A DNA stretch of 53,645 bases from a virus (Duplodnaviria > Caudoviricetes), in IMG/VR virus record IMGVR_UViG_3300025875_000034, positions 1 to 53,645 of that record; one strand, written 5' to 3'. A program made the position numbers and the translations under genes. Below the pieces are notes generated by a model. It was not told the origin of the DNA. It worked only from the letters and a program-made list of their open reading frames with translations, and did no database searches. Shown here piece after piece: positions 16,948-26,898 of the stretch. The stretch's first letter is position 1. Every line of letters begins with the position of its first letter.

Positions 16948-18168
16948 CTATTCTGATATATCAACCTGCAACCCTTGTGCGTCTCTGCTTACGATTTCAA
17001 TGAACAGTTGAACGCCTGCTTTTTCGGCCCAATCTTCAACAACCTTCAAGTTGTCATTGTCGAGCAATGAACCGTCAAAGCGGGCAATCTTCACATCTTT
17101 ATGAAGTGCGCTGCAAATCTGCAAACCCGCAATGATTTGGCTTGCGGTATTAATCTGCGCAGACTCGAAAGGCAAGCCGTTCAACAGCAATGAACCCGAT
17201 TCTGAAAACGTCATGCCTTCAACCGGCATCTTTGCCGCCTTTATCATTGCGGCTTTTTCGTTGGCAATATCAGCAAGTGAGGCATTCAGCTTGCCTTGTT
17301 CCTCTTTTGCCGAATCGAATTCCGCAAGCTTGCGTTTGTTGGCTTCTACCGTCTGAACCCGAACGTTGATTTCAGAAGCTTCCGCAAGCTGCTTTTCAAG
17401 GCTCTGAACATCTGTAACCTTGTTTTGCTTGAGGAAAGTTGCGGCTTGTTTATCCATACCGTCAAGCTCCCTTTTTTCGTCTTTTAGAACCTGAATCTGC
17501 TTTGTAAGCTTTTCAATTTCAGTGTCAATTGAAGTTCTCCGATTCTTGCGGGTTTCAATCCTTGTTTGAACGCCTTCAATTGCGCTGTTCTGAACCCTAG
17601 CAACTCGCAGGCTTTCGTGAACCGCAGCCGTATCAACCGGCTTCACATCTGCAACGTCTAAACCTTCGCTCTGCGCCTCAAGTTCTTTGACTTTGCGGTT
17701 GATGTAGGTTCTTTCATTGAACGCCGCAGTATAGCGTGAATCAACATCTGCGAAGTCAAGCCCGCAAATGCGCTGAATCTGTTCTGACTTCTTAGCAGGA
17801 GCAAGCGCCAAAAATTCAGCAATGTTGAAGTCAACAACCCCCAACTTTTCATTCAGCATCTTGCGCGGGCTGCTAAACTTTGCGCCGTTGGGCGTACTGA
17901 CTTGCAGGTTCATTTTTTGGTTCTCCGCAGTATAGGTTGCGCGAACAATGATTTCTCCAAGGTCAACTTCAATTTCGCCTTTTTCCTCACCTTGCCGCAG
18001 CGGTTCAACCGGCAAGTCTTGGCCCGTCAGGATGCCGAAAACGCCGCCAATGAAACTCGTTTTGCCTGCGCCGTTTTTCCCGACAACGTAAACGTTTTTA
18101 CCTTGCGGATTTACTTCAAGGTTCTCGATTGCCTTGAAGTTTACAATTTTGATGTTTTCAACTTTCAT
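16948..18168 (-). CDS. Rad50/SbcC-like coiled-coil ATPase (406 aa)
   Basis: IKIVNFKAI, Walker A GKNGAGKTS, long coiled coil, C-terminal FDGSLLD. Confidence 0.85.
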   Translation of the reverse strand: MKVENIKIVNFKAIENLEVNPQGKNVYVVGKNGAGKTSFIGGVFGILTGQDLPVEPLRQGEEKGEIEVDLGEIIVRATYTAENQKMNLQVSTPNGAKFSSPRKMLNEKLGVVDFNIAEFLALAPAKKSEQIQRICGLDFADVDSRYTAAFNERTYINRKVKELEAQSEGLDVADVKPVDTAAVHESLRVARVQNSAIEGVQTRIETRKNRRTSIDTEIEKLTKQIQVLKDEKRELDGMDKQAATFLKQNKVTDVQSLEKQLAEASEINVRVQTVEANKRKLAEFDSAKEEQGKLNASLADIANEKAAMIKAAKMPVEGMTFSESGSLLLNGLPFESAQINTASQIIAGLQICSALHKDVKIARFDGSLLDNDNLKVVEDWAEKAGVQLFIEIVSRDAQGLQVDISE

Positions 18169-18179
18169 GTTGCGGCTTT

Positions 18180-18527
18180 TTAAGGTTTGATGAATGGATT
18201 GATTGCGGTTCTTATACTGTTGATGTACTCCAAATTTTCAGTCAGGAGAAAGGCTTTTACTTGCTCAAGTTCTTGCAAGGCTCTGTTGCGGGCAATTCGC
18301 AAACGAACTTCGCTGCGGTCTGATTCATCTGTTAATTGGTAATCAACAGCATTCCAACTTGTTTCACCAACTACTGACAATGCGCCTTTCGGCCCTACTT
18401 TTATTTGCAGCCTTGTTCCGTCCGGCAAAATAGCCTGCGTTTTCGTTGTGCGCTCAACCTTATGAATTGAAAAGGCTTTGCCATTGTGGAACTTGGTTAC
18501 TTCCGTTCCTTGTGCTAATTCCTGCAT
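18180..18527 (-). CDS. Hypothetical protein (115 aa)
   Basis: Start motif; KVERTTKTQAIL beta-barrel-like segment. Confidence 0.75.
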   Translation of the reverse strand: MQELAQGTEVTKFHNGKAFSIHKVERTTKTQAILPDGTRLQIKVGPKGALSVVGETSWNAVDYQLTDESDRSEVRLRIARNRALQELEQVKAFLLTENLEYINSIRTAINPFIKP

Positions 18528-18538
18528 TGCTTGCGGCT

Positions 18539-18754
18539 TTAAAGGGTTTTGCGTTCGTTCTGTCTGTCATCTGCAATCAAGGCAATTCGATTCGCCCGAA
18601 TGCGTACTGCGTGAAATGCTGTTACCTCGCCACTTCCGCCGCAAGTCTCGCATTCAAAAGGTTCTTCACCAAGAAACCCGTATGCAGATTTAATTGCGCC
18701 GTATCCGTTGCAGTCCGGGCAAATTACAGGCTCTTTTTCAGTAGGTTCAAACAT
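18539..18754 (-). CDS. DnaJ-type zinc-finger small protein (71 aa, MFEPTEK)
   Basis: CPDCNGYG...CETCGGSG; AAAGCCGCAAGCT-ATG. Confidence 0.75.
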   Translation of the reverse strand: MFEPTEKEPVICPDCNGYGAIKSAYGFLGEEPFECETCGGSGEVTAFHAVRIRANRIALIADDRQNERKTL

Positions 18755-18781
18755 AGCTTGCGGCTTTATTGGTTGGTGTTT

Positions 18782-18834
18782 CAAATGTCGCAAGAATATA
18801 TTGACAAGTCAAGTGTTCCTGAAATTATTTTTCA
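18782..18834 (-). promoter_or_regulatory. Conserved phage promoter cassette (palindrome + TTG-N20-GACATTTG)
   Basis: TGAAAAATAATTTCAGGAACAC-TTGACTT...TTCTTGCGACATTTGAAACA, near copy of 8741-8794. Confidence 0.78.
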
Positions 18835-18843
18835 CGAAAGAGC

Positions 18844-18876
18844 AAAAACAAGCCCGCCAATGATGACGGGCTTGTT
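18844..18876 (-). terminator. Rho-independent terminator
   Basis: AACAAGCCCG-N10-CGGGCTTGTT with minus-strand T tract. Confidence 0.75.
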
Positions 18877-18883
18877 CCTCTTG

Positions 18884-20905
18884 CTACTCCGCTTTTTCGC
18901 TTGCGGCTTTCTTGTTTGCCTCAAGCCGTTTCACGTCCCGCCCGTTTGCCACATCAAAGACATACCCGATTTCACAACCAACTGCGGCTGCAATTTCGCG
19001 GGCTTGCTCCTTTGAAAGCTTTTCGCCTTCCGCAAGCTTTGGCAACAGTTCCTTGATACGTGCGTTGCGCGGCGCAGCGCCTTTTTCCTTGCCCGTTGCG
19101 TACTCCTTTTTGCCTCTGTCAGTCAGAGTAACAACGCCTTTATCATCAACCGCTGCAAAGCCTGAATTGATGACTTTGAAGATTGCGTTGTGTAGCTGTT
19201 GCCGCTGCATTTCGTGCGTCTCGACAAAGTAATTTGTCAGGCTTGCTTTCGTGACGGTGAAGCCGCCTTTTTCCTCTTGCTGCAAGTATTCAACAATTTC
19301 CTTGCGAATGTTGCCGGTTCGTGGAACTGCGGTATTTTCCCGCAAGACAATGTTGCCTTCATTGCGCGAAATCTTTTCCATTGTAACCAACCTATCAAGC
19401 GCCTCTTTCGCGGCTTCTGCGGTTGTTCCGTGCGGCATAATGGTTTCATCAAGCAGGCGGCTTTCAACAACTGTGTTGCCCGCTGCAAGGTGTTCTGTGA
19501 TGACTCCTAAAAGATGCCTGCGCAGAGTCAGTTGCGAAGGAAGCGCAGCAACTTCAACTTTCTCTTTTTTCTCCTTTTTGGGCTTCTCGACTTTGGGCGC
19601 TTTTTCCTTTTTTGGCTTTGGCTCTTTCTTGGCTTTTGGCTCCTTTTTGGCTTTCTCCTTTTTGGGTTTGGCTTCCGGGTCAAAGTCTCTCGGAACGGGT
19701 TTCAACTCAAGCTTTTTGTTTGACTTCGCGGGCTTTGGGTTGTTCTTGCGGAACTCTCTGATAAGCGCTGCGCCTATACCCGTAAGCGTTCCAACGAAAG
19801 CGGGCGTTGCGTCTCCCTGCAACTCGAATTCTCCATTGACCGCCTGCGGAAAGTTGCGTTGCAGCAATACAAGCGCATTCGCATTCCGCAAGCCTTTCGC
19901 CTTTCCGTTGCCGTTTATATCCTGCAAGCTTTCCATTGCGGAAATGATGATTTCCGTAATAGCAAACGCCTCTTGCGCCTCTTGTGCGGGTTCAGCGTAT
20001 GGTGCGGGCGTTAGTTGGAAAAGCGGTGCATCTGCTTGCGGCTCTGCCTTTTCTTCTGGCTTCTCGTATTCGTGGTAACTCACTGCATCAAAAGGCGTGT
20101 TGATTTGACGAACAACGCCTTCAAGCCCGGATTCCGCAAGCGCTTTGTCATTCTTTTCAGACCAATGCTGAATAATTTCTTTGCGAGTCTGCGGCCCGTC
20201 AGGCGTTTCAATAACTTTCATTTCGTATGTCTCATTTCCGCTGTTTGGCGAAACCTCAACGTCAGTGCGGACAACGAACCCGCCTGTTTCGTTGGAATGC
20301 TGCAAGGCAAACGGTTCGCCGGGCGTATCTGCATAACCATACTGCAACCCGGCTTCCGTTGCCTTGACAAGCCCGTTGCCCGTCTCAATCAAGCCGCGCT
20401 TTTTGAGCGAAGTGAAACAGCCGACAACTTTTGCTTTCGAGTCTTGCAGCGCATCAACAACTTGGTCGGGCGTTGCGCCCGCTTCACCGTCAAGACCTTT
20501 TGCGTGTTCCTGCAAGTACATCAATATACCGCCCGCCAACAAAGACAACGGCGCTTGTTTTGGAGCCTCTGACGGGCTTTCAGCCGTTGCGGCAACCGCA
20601 GCATCAACAGCGGCAACGAACGGCGCAACAGCGGCTTCCTGAATGCCTAATTCCTTGGCTACTTCTGCAACCTCTTGCGGCTTTGCTTTTGCGGCTTTCA
20701 GGTTTGCGGTTGCGGTTTTGCAGACCTCCGCAACAGTGCCTTCATAATCACTGTAATTCAGATTGTGAAATACCTTGCCCGCCTTTACTCGAATGCCTGT
20801 TTCAGTTTTGGTGCGCAGCTCTGCGGCAACCTGTTTCCCATCAACCCGAACGTAAATTTGCGTTCCGGCTTCAACGTTCTCAATTGGAGTGATTTTGCTT
20901 TTCAT
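18884..20905 (-). CDS. Large multi-winged-helix DNA-binding protein with Lys/Glu/Pro H1-like tract (673 aa)
   Basis: Three wHTH-like units (FTSLKKRGLIE; ALDRLVTMEKISR; AIFKVINSGFAAV...LTDRG), C-terminal HTH, KPKKEKAKKEPKAKKEPKPKKEK tract. Confidence 0.65.
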   Translation of the reverse strand: MKSKITPIENVEAGTQIYVRVDGKQVAAELRTKTETGIRVKAGKVFHNLNYSDYEGTVAEVCKTATANLKAAKAKPQEVAEVAKELGIQEAAVAPFVAAVDAAVAATAESPSEAPKQAPLSLLAGGILMYLQEHAKGLDGEAGATPDQVVDALQDSKAKVVGCFTSLKKRGLIETGNGLVKATEAGLQYGYADTPGEPFALQHSNETGGFVVRTDVEVSPNSGNETYEMKVIETPDGPQTRKEIIQHWSEKNDKALAESGLEGVVRQINTPFDAVSYHEYEKPEEKAEPQADAPLFQLTPAPYAEPAQEAQEAFAITEIIISAMESLQDINGNGKAKGLRNANALVLLQRNFPQAVNGEFELQGDATPAFVGTLTGIGAALIREFRKNNPKPAKSNKKLELKPVPRDFDPEAKPKKEKAKKEPKAKKEPKPKKEKAPKVEKPKKEKKEKVEVAALPSQLTLRRHLLGVITEHLAAGNTVVESRLLDETIMPHGTTAEAAKEALDRLVTMEKISRNEGNIVLRENTAVPRTGNIRKEIVEYLQQEEKGGFTVTKASLTNYFVETHEMQRQQLHNAIFKVINSGFAAVDDKGVVTLTDRGKKEYATGKEKGAAPRNARIKELLPKLAEGEKLSKEQAREIAAAVGCEIGYVFDVANGRDVKRLEANKKAASEKAE

Positions 20906-20931
20906 GTTGGCTTTCTTTGAAATGGAAATTG

Positions 20932-20994
20932 CTTGCGGTGAATTCGTATGCAATTATACGAAAGCCGCAAGCAAAGTTCCAAGAAAGCCGCAAG
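20932..20994 (-). promoter_or_regulatory. Putative promoter overlapped by tandem GAAAGCCGCAAG sites
   Basis: TTG-N21-TATAATTG on minus strand (one mismatch to -7 box); 12-bp direct repeats at 20960-20971 and 20983-20994. Confidence 0.55.
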
Positions 20995-21010
20995 AAATAT
21001 TTATTTCAAT

Positions 21011-22135
21011 CTATACCGCAGGCTCGACAACGCCTGCGTTGTTTATGCGCCAAGCTGCGCCGTTGGGCGAACGAATAGTTGTGACGGGCGCAACGTAGGG
21101 AATGACGGTAACAGGATAAGGTGCGGCGTTTGCAGGCCAAACCGGATTGGGATTCGCTGCGGTTCCGTACAACGTCACTCCGATTCCATCATTGGGCGCA
21201 ACCGTCTCGAATCCATCTGCACAGGTTACAACCGTTCCGTATAGATTTATGCCTTGTCCGCCGCCGCCTTGAATGCGAACGTTGTTCAGGGAGCCGCCGT
21301 TATACGTCCGGTTTACTGTGCCGTAAAGGGACAAAAAACCGTTTGATAAGTGCAAGTCATAAATTGCAGAGTCCCTTGCGAAATCAAGGCTGAACCCATT
21401 CATTGCAACAGAGTTGTTGTTGCCTTGAATCGAATTGCCGTAACGCAGGCTAGTTGAACCGTTCATTGTACCGTGACCCATCACAGTAACCCGGCCCAAA
21501 TAGTTAGGTAGAACCCCAACAACCCCGTTCAGGAATTCAGCACTGTAAATATTACCCGTTGCGCTTGAGCCGTAAAAGCGCGGAACCTTGCCCGGAAGGT
21601 TGTCAACTTTTGTATTGAGCGCATCAACTCTTGCTGACAGTTTCTTTAAAGCCGCAAGAGTTGCAACGTCAAGTTCCTCGAAAAACTCACCTACAACCGG
21701 GTAATTCGGATACACAAGTTGAACGTCTTTGATGCAGCGCAGAAAGCCCGCTTCCAAGTCATCAACAATTGCGTCTTTGGGAACATTTATAGGAATCCAA
21801 TTACCCTCTGAATCTTTCTCAAATGATTCAACATAGATGTAATTGAACCCGCCTAATTTGTACGCCTCAACTTCAAACGTGTTTGCAGTTGACGCAATCT
21901 GCAACTTGCGGGTTAAATAACTGTTGCCAATAATTCCGAAACTAACAAGCCCGGAACCGTCAACAGCTTCTTTGCCGAATGGATAAACAGGGGTCCAAAT
22001 AGGCGCTTTTGTCTTGCGGCGAAAAACAGCCATATACAAGGAAGGGTCAAAGCCGGGAATTGTAAATTCGCGGGCTTCCTCGTTTACCTCTGTTTCAGGC
22101 GGCAATGCAAGCCAAGTATCAAGTTCGTATGACAT
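21011..22135 (-). CDS. Putative tail fibre / receptor-binding protein (374 aa)
   Basis: End of tail operon; short coiled coil then Gly/Asn-rich beta region. Confidence 0.55.
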   Translation of the reverse strand: MSYELDTWLALPPETEVNEEAREFTIPGFDPSLYMAVFRRKTKAPIWTPVYPFGKEAVDGSGLVSFGIIGNSYLTRKLQIASTANTFEVEAYKLGGFNYIYVESFEKDSEGNWIPINVPKDAIVDDLEAGFLRCIKDVQLVYPNYPVVGEFFEELDVATLAALKKLSARVDALNTKVDNLPGKVPRFYGSSATGNIYSAEFLNGVVGVLPNYLGRVTVMGHGTMNGSTSLRYGNSIQGNNNSVAMNGFSLDFARDSAIYDLHLSNGFLSLYGTVNRTYNGGSLNNVRIQGGGGQGINLYGTVVTCADGFETVAPNDGIGVTLYGTAANPNPVWPANAAPYPVTVIPYVAPVTTIRSPNGAAWRINNAGVVEPAV

Positions 22136-22141
22136 TGCGGT

Positions 22142-22486
22142 TTATTTAATTGCGGGTTTATTTTTCATTTCCGCAAGCGGTACTCTCTCAAGGCAGAAAA
22201 ACCAAACAGCGCCTTTTATTGCCCCAATTACGCCCGTTTTTTCTTGCTCTGTAATATTTGGCTTTAAATAGAAATCAATACTTGCGGCATCTGCAACACT
22301 GAATTTCCCTTTCAGCCAATCCAAATCGGGCAAGCGGTCAAATGACTCGATTAGTTTTCTTTTCTGCGCAAGCTGCATATTCTCGCAATCGAGAGTAAGA
22401 ACGCCCGGTTTTTCCGGGCGTTCTGTTAACTCGATTTTGAGCGCAACTTGTCCGTTTTCGTCGTATGCCGGAAGTCTATTGCTCAT
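22142..22486 (-). CDS. Hypothetical protein (114 aa)
   Basis: ORF tiling in tail operon. Confidence 0.7.
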   Translation of the reverse strand: MSNRLPAYDENGQVALKIELTERPEKPGVLTLDCENMQLAQKRKLIESFDRLPDLDWLKGKFSVADAASIDFYLKPNITEQEKTGVIGAIKGAVWFFCLERVPLAEMKNKPAIK

Positions 22487-22494
22487 GTTCGTAT

Positions 22495-25400
22495 TTAAAT
22501 GAATTCGACAAATTGCGGTTCTTCTTTTGCTTTCACTGTAACCTTGCCATTTGAAACAACAAGCGGCGTTGAATCCAAGGTTTCAGTTCCGGGTGTATAG
22601 CGGTCAATATACACATCAACCCCGTCTTGCGGGTCGTGGTAATAGAATTCCCGGTTCATTGGCCCAATGTTGAAGGTTTTCAAAACCGCCTGTTTTCCGG
22701 CTGGAACGTCAAGCTGAATATCAAGCTCCATATCTTGCCCGTGCGTAATCATGTTGAATTCAACAACAGCATTCGCACCCGATTTCGAGAAGTACCGAAC
22801 ATGAAACAACGGGCTTGTTCTGTCAGTTCTTGTCTTGCGGTATCCGAACAAGAAAGCTTTGTATTGCTGCACTGCATCTGAAATCGGATACAAGCCAATT
22901 GTTCCGTTGATTTCGGCAAAGAAAATGCCGTTCATCAAGTCCCAATTCAGCCAGCGGTGCGGGTAATAGATTCCGGCCCCGTCATTGTAGCCTTGATACT
23001 TGCAGTTAAAGGACAAGCCAGCATCAAGCCCGACAAAATCAGAGCGAATGCCCCAATTTAGATGTGTTCTGAATATGTCATAACCGGGCGTTGGAACCGC
23101 AATCTGTTCCGGGTTCGTTGGTCTGTTGAGGGAATCGGAAGGCAATGCGTGACTGTACCCGATTTCTGTAATTCCGCAACGTATTTCCTTTTCAGGCGTT
23201 GAAAATTCCATTTGTGTGCGGTACATAGCACGGCGAACGCGCATAGCGTTCTTATACATATAATCTTCTTTTTCCGGCTCAACGCCAACGGGAGAACCGC
23301 CCCCATTTTGCCCGCCTAAATTGGCGTTGATGTATTGATGATATGCAACATCATCAAATACAAGATGATTGTTGTTGAACAGCTTGCAATACCAAGCAAG
23401 AGCAAGGAACGTTCCCGGCTTATCAGACGGGTTGCCCAACGATACAACACGCATATCAGGATTATCCCGCTTCACAAAGTCATAACAGGCTTTATGCTGC
23501 AAGAAAACCTCATAGTGCGTCATATTGCCTTCAAGGTTGGTTTGCTCTGCAATGTTGGCTTTATCTTTCCACCAACGTACTTGTTCGTTGCTAATCTGAA
23601 CAGCGGGCAAAATACCCATTCCGATTTTAACAACGTTTGACGTTGGGCCAAAGCCCGGACGGGTATCAACCAAGACTTTCGCCGGGTCAACATTGGTGTT
23701 GTTGCCGTACCTGATTTCAATTTGCTCGACAAGGCGCGGAAACATTGGGTGCCCGTCCATGCCTTTAGGGCAAAGAATGACATAAATTCCAATGTCGTAA
23801 AAGTGTTGCAGGATTCTATCAAGCGGCCAAGCGCCGCCAACCATCGGGTCAAACGTGAACTTGCCCGTTTCTGCAACATAGCAGTTTCCAAAGTCGCAAT
23901 ACAAGCGGACAACGTGAAACCCTTTTGCCGCAAGTTGTAATTTGACAAAATCTAAACCCTCGCCACTAGCTTTTGCGAAGTCATAAACGTAATCAACTGA
24001 ACCCGCTGCAAATTGAACTTCGGGGTTTACTTCCGGCAATTCGTAATCAACAATTCCGGGAATGTACCAACCCCAAAATTCGAGTTCAGTTGGCATTGGG
24101 TAAGTGAACTGAAAAATAAAGTCATCAAACCTTTTGGGTTCGGGGAAATTATTTACAGTGAATACGCCGTTTCCGTTTTTCCCGTCAAAATCAAATGCAG
24201 GAATTTCCTGCAATGTGTCCGGGTCTAAATACCAACTGTGCATTGGTTCCCCGCTTGCGTCATGTTGGCCGTTGCCGAATTTAACAACGTCAACTTCCGC
24301 TTTCAAGCGCGGGTCTAACTGCGCAACAATTTTGCAGCGCTTTTGCCACCAATAATCACCAATCTGTAATTCAACGTTGTTCGCAATATTACCGTCAGTG
24401 AATTGCTCGGTTCGCTGCGTTGATGCAGAATCCATAAAGATGCGCTCTGCATCCAACGGAATTTTGCCGTAAACCTTTTGAACAGTGCCAAGCGAAACAG
24501 TTTTTTCCGCCTTGCCAACAGTTTTATATGTTACAAGCCGGTTGTTCTCGAAATTAATATTTGCTTTTTGAACGCCTTTAATTGTCGCACTTGTAATTGT
24601 TCCTTGCGGCAAATTTAAATAAAGCGCCAATTCAGCAACGTTCGGCCCGGTTCCTTCGTGGTTGATGACGTATTTAATTTTATTCCCCGTCACAGTTTTT
24701 TCAACTGTTGACAAAGCCTTATTATTTAAATGGTCAGTCACTCGACTTGCCTTCATCCAAGCCATACGCCCGGCAACCGGATGCGCCTGCGTGTACTCGA
24801 CAAAGCTTTTGAATTGCGGTATTTCTACGCCGTGCGAAAAATACGGCAAAGCCGCAATACGGTTTTGTTCGTTTACCTGCGTTATTTTATTGTTCAACCA
24901 AGTCCGCAGCGCGGGTTGATTTTCAATAAACATATTATCAGCATTCAGCCGGGTTACTAGGGAGAACAGCGGATTGTTTGCCGCAACGCCCAAGTCCCAA
25001 AGTTCAGACCAAAAGACCGGCAACCCCTCTGCGTTTACGCCGCCCGACCCGAATCCCTCTGAAAAGTATGCTGCATCCCCTCTGTTTTTGGAAGGAATTA
25101 CGCCGCCTCTTTCGCCGCCCGGCTCCGTTGTTGTTGACATCCTGAAACCGTCAACATTATTCTTGACAGCATCAAAATTTGTCTGCAACTGGTATGCTGC
25201 ATTTGTAAACGTGTGTTGAAAGGTATGATTTGATAAATCAATTGTACCTGAACCTGCATACTTGCGCAGTTGCGCTCTTGTTAAGTATGTATTGTTGCTG
25301 TCAATACTACTGTAACAAATTGCAAAATTGAATTCAAGCGGAGTTTCGTTGCCTGTACCGTCATCAAAGGTGAAACCCGAATGAATAGCGCCTGACGTAT

Positions 25401-25629
25401 CAACGCCACCATTCAGGACCGCAACAATGTCATTTCCGATTGCGCCGTTGTCATCATTGATGCCAATAATGAATTCATCCTTGAAAAATGGACTGACACT
25501 GTGCGTAAAGTCGGTATTATCCGGCAATACCTCATAGGTCAATTCAATTTCAGTGCGCCTTGTCGAAATAAGCGCGGGCGGCGTAATAACGCCACCCGCA
25601 ATATTTAATAATTTCCGGTTGATTCTCAT
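22495..25629 (-). CDS. Putative tailspike: polysaccharide-deacetylase-like + beta-sandwich + clan GH-A glycoside hydrolase-like domains (1044 aa)
   Basis: INDDNG and SNHTFQH (NodB-like); VVRLY, ISNEQ, VAYHQY, GITEIGY (GH-A catalytic Glu pair). Confidence 0.65.
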   Translation of the reverse strand: MRINRKLLNIAGGVITPPALISTRRTEIELTYEVLPDNTDFTHSVSPFFKDEFIIGINDDNGAIGNDIVAVLNGGVDTSGAIHSGFTFDDGTGNETPLEFNFAICYSSIDSNNTYLTRAQLRKYAGSGTIDLSNHTFQHTFTNAAYQLQTNFDAVKNNVDGFRMSTTTEPGGERGGVIPSKNRGDAAYFSEGFGSGGVNAEGLPVFWSELWDLGVAANNPLFSLVTRLNADNMFIENQPALRTWLNNKITQVNEQNRIAALPYFSHGVEIPQFKSFVEYTQAHPVAGRMAWMKASRVTDHLNNKALSTVEKTVTGNKIKYVINHEGTGPNVAELALYLNLPQGTITSATIKGVQKANINFENNRLVTYKTVGKAEKTVSLGTVQKVYGKIPLDAERIFMDSASTQRTEQFTDGNIANNVELQIGDYWWQKRCKIVAQLDPRLKAEVDVVKFGNGQHDASGEPMHSWYLDPDTLQEIPAFDFDGKNGNGVFTVNNFPEPKRFDDFIFQFTYPMPTELEFWGWYIPGIVDYELPEVNPEVQFAAGSVDYVYDFAKASGEGLDFVKLQLAAKGFHVVRLYCDFGNCYVAETGKFTFDPMVGGAWPLDRILQHFYDIGIYVILCPKGMDGHPMFPRLVEQIEIRYGNNTNVDPAKVLVDTRPGFGPTSNVVKIGMGILPAVQISNEQVRWWKDKANIAEQTNLEGNMTHYEVFLQHKACYDFVKRDNPDMRVVSLGNPSDKPGTFLALAWYCKLFNNNHLVFDDVAYHQYINANLGGQNGGGSPVGVEPEKEDYMYKNAMRVRRAMYRTQMEFSTPEKEIRCGITEIGYSHALPSDSLNRPTNPEQIAVPTPGYDIFRTHLNWGIRSDFVGLDAGLSFNCKYQGYNDGAGIYYPHRWLNWDLMNGIFFAEINGTIGLYPISDAVQQYKAFLFGYRKTRTDRTSPLFHVRYFSKSGANAVVEFNMITHGQDMELDIQLDVPAGKQAVLKTFNIGPMNREFYYHDPQDGVDVYIDRYTPGTETLDSTPLVVSNGKVTVKAKEEPQFVEFI

Positions 25630-26898
25630 TTACAGAGCCGTTGTATTGTGTCCCATCAAATTGCGGATACCGTAGTTCTCTGCGTCTCCGAATGCGCGAA
25701 CGTAAATGTCGCCAACGGGCGCAGGTCCGGTTGTAATTGGGTTGAGCGTAACGCCTGCATCTTCCGACCAAAAACCCGAAAAAGTATTTGTGTCGCGGTC
25801 AACAAGAATATACACTTCAAGTTCTTCGCTTGGTGTAAAAGGAGGAATGTTCAAATGATTCGGGAATGTCCCAAAATATTTGTTTCCTTCGTTTGTGTGG
25901 TTGATGATATGGCCGTTTGAATTTAGCCACATAGCCATATGTTCCGGTTCGTTGCTATAACCGTTATTGTCATTGCTGGCTGACGCAACGAGTACGCCAA
26001 GCGCAAGGCGGCTCAACGTCATTTTAAAGCCACCTGACACGCCTGCGGCCAACTTCTGCGAACCCATTGCACCCGCTGCACCGTCAGGAGCAAGGGTTGT
26101 CCAATCGGCATTATTGGCGTTGATTGCCGTATTGCCCCTATTGCGCTCAAAGTTGATAGGGGCGTATGCACCCGAAACAGGCGGCGTTGCAGCCTTTACA
26201 ACAAGGCTATATGCACTTGTTACCTCTGCACCCAATGCTGCGCCCGTAAGCGCAGCGGGCGAACCTTTCCAATAGAATTTTTTACCAATTTCGGCTTCCG
26301 TTAACGGGCCGTATTGGTTGCCCGTCTTGCCGTTTAGCATTGTTGGGTTTGTCCCGTCTGCGTTGGCATTATACCACTGAATAGGGCTTGAGCCTTCCAA
26401 GTCATTCTGCGCATCCGTAAAGGTCCGGGCCGCAGTGAAATATGTCCCAACCTCACCATTGCCCGCAACAGTCGCATTTGTGAAGGTTGGCGGCGTGTTG
26501 ACCGTTCCGCCGCCCGTTCCGCCGTTGGAATCAACAACCGCAAGAATATAGGCATTCATTGCAACTGTATTCAAGCCGAATTTTTGGTTTGGCGTGTTTT
26601 CTCCTGTAACCTCAAGCGGACTGATAACGCCTGCGGGCGGCAAGTCATTATAGGAAATCAAGCCCGTAACACTGTCTTTTTTGACCGCTGCGGCAACTTG
26701 AGCAATCAAGCCTATCAAGTTCAGTATTTCGCCTGTGCCTGCGACTGTGCCGGGCGTAATCAAGCCAGATGCAACGGCAACGTCATACATCTTTTGGCCG
26801 AAATCAATTGCGTCTTTATGCGCGGGAATACTGCCGGGCGTTTGTCCTGCAACGATATTTGCAGGAAGGCTTGCGGGTCTTTTTGGAATTGTACTCAT
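25630..26898 (-). CDS. Tail fibre-like protein with Ig-like domain (422 aa)
   Basis: NTPPTFTNATVAGNGEVG...FTDAQNDLEGSSPIQWY Ig-like unit; lectin-like C terminus. Confidence 0.6.
   Translation of the reverse strand: MSTIPKRPASLPANIVAGQTPGSIPAHKDAIDFGQKMYDVAVASGLITPGTVAGTGEILNLIGLIAQVAAAVKKDSVTGLISYNDLPPAGVISPLEVTGENTPNQKFGLNTVAMNAYILAVVDSNGGTGGGTVNTPPTFTNATVAGNGEVGTYFTAARTFTDAQNDLEGSSPIQWYNANADGTNPTMLNGKTGNQYGPLTEAEIGKKFYWKGSPAALTGAALGAEVTSAYSLVVKAATPPVSGAYAPINFERNRGNTAINANNADWTTLAPDGAAGAMGSQKLAAGVSGGFKMTLSRLALGVLVASASNDNNGYSNEPEHMAMWLNSNGHIINHTNEGNKYFGTFPNHLNIPPFTPSEELEVYILVDRDTNTFSGFWSEDAGVTLNPITTGPAPVGDIYVRAFGDAENYGIRNLMGHNTTAL

Noticed and set aside
21011-26898. Diversity-generating retroelement acting on tail fibres
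   Set aside because: No reverse transcriptase motif and no template/variable repeat pair seen
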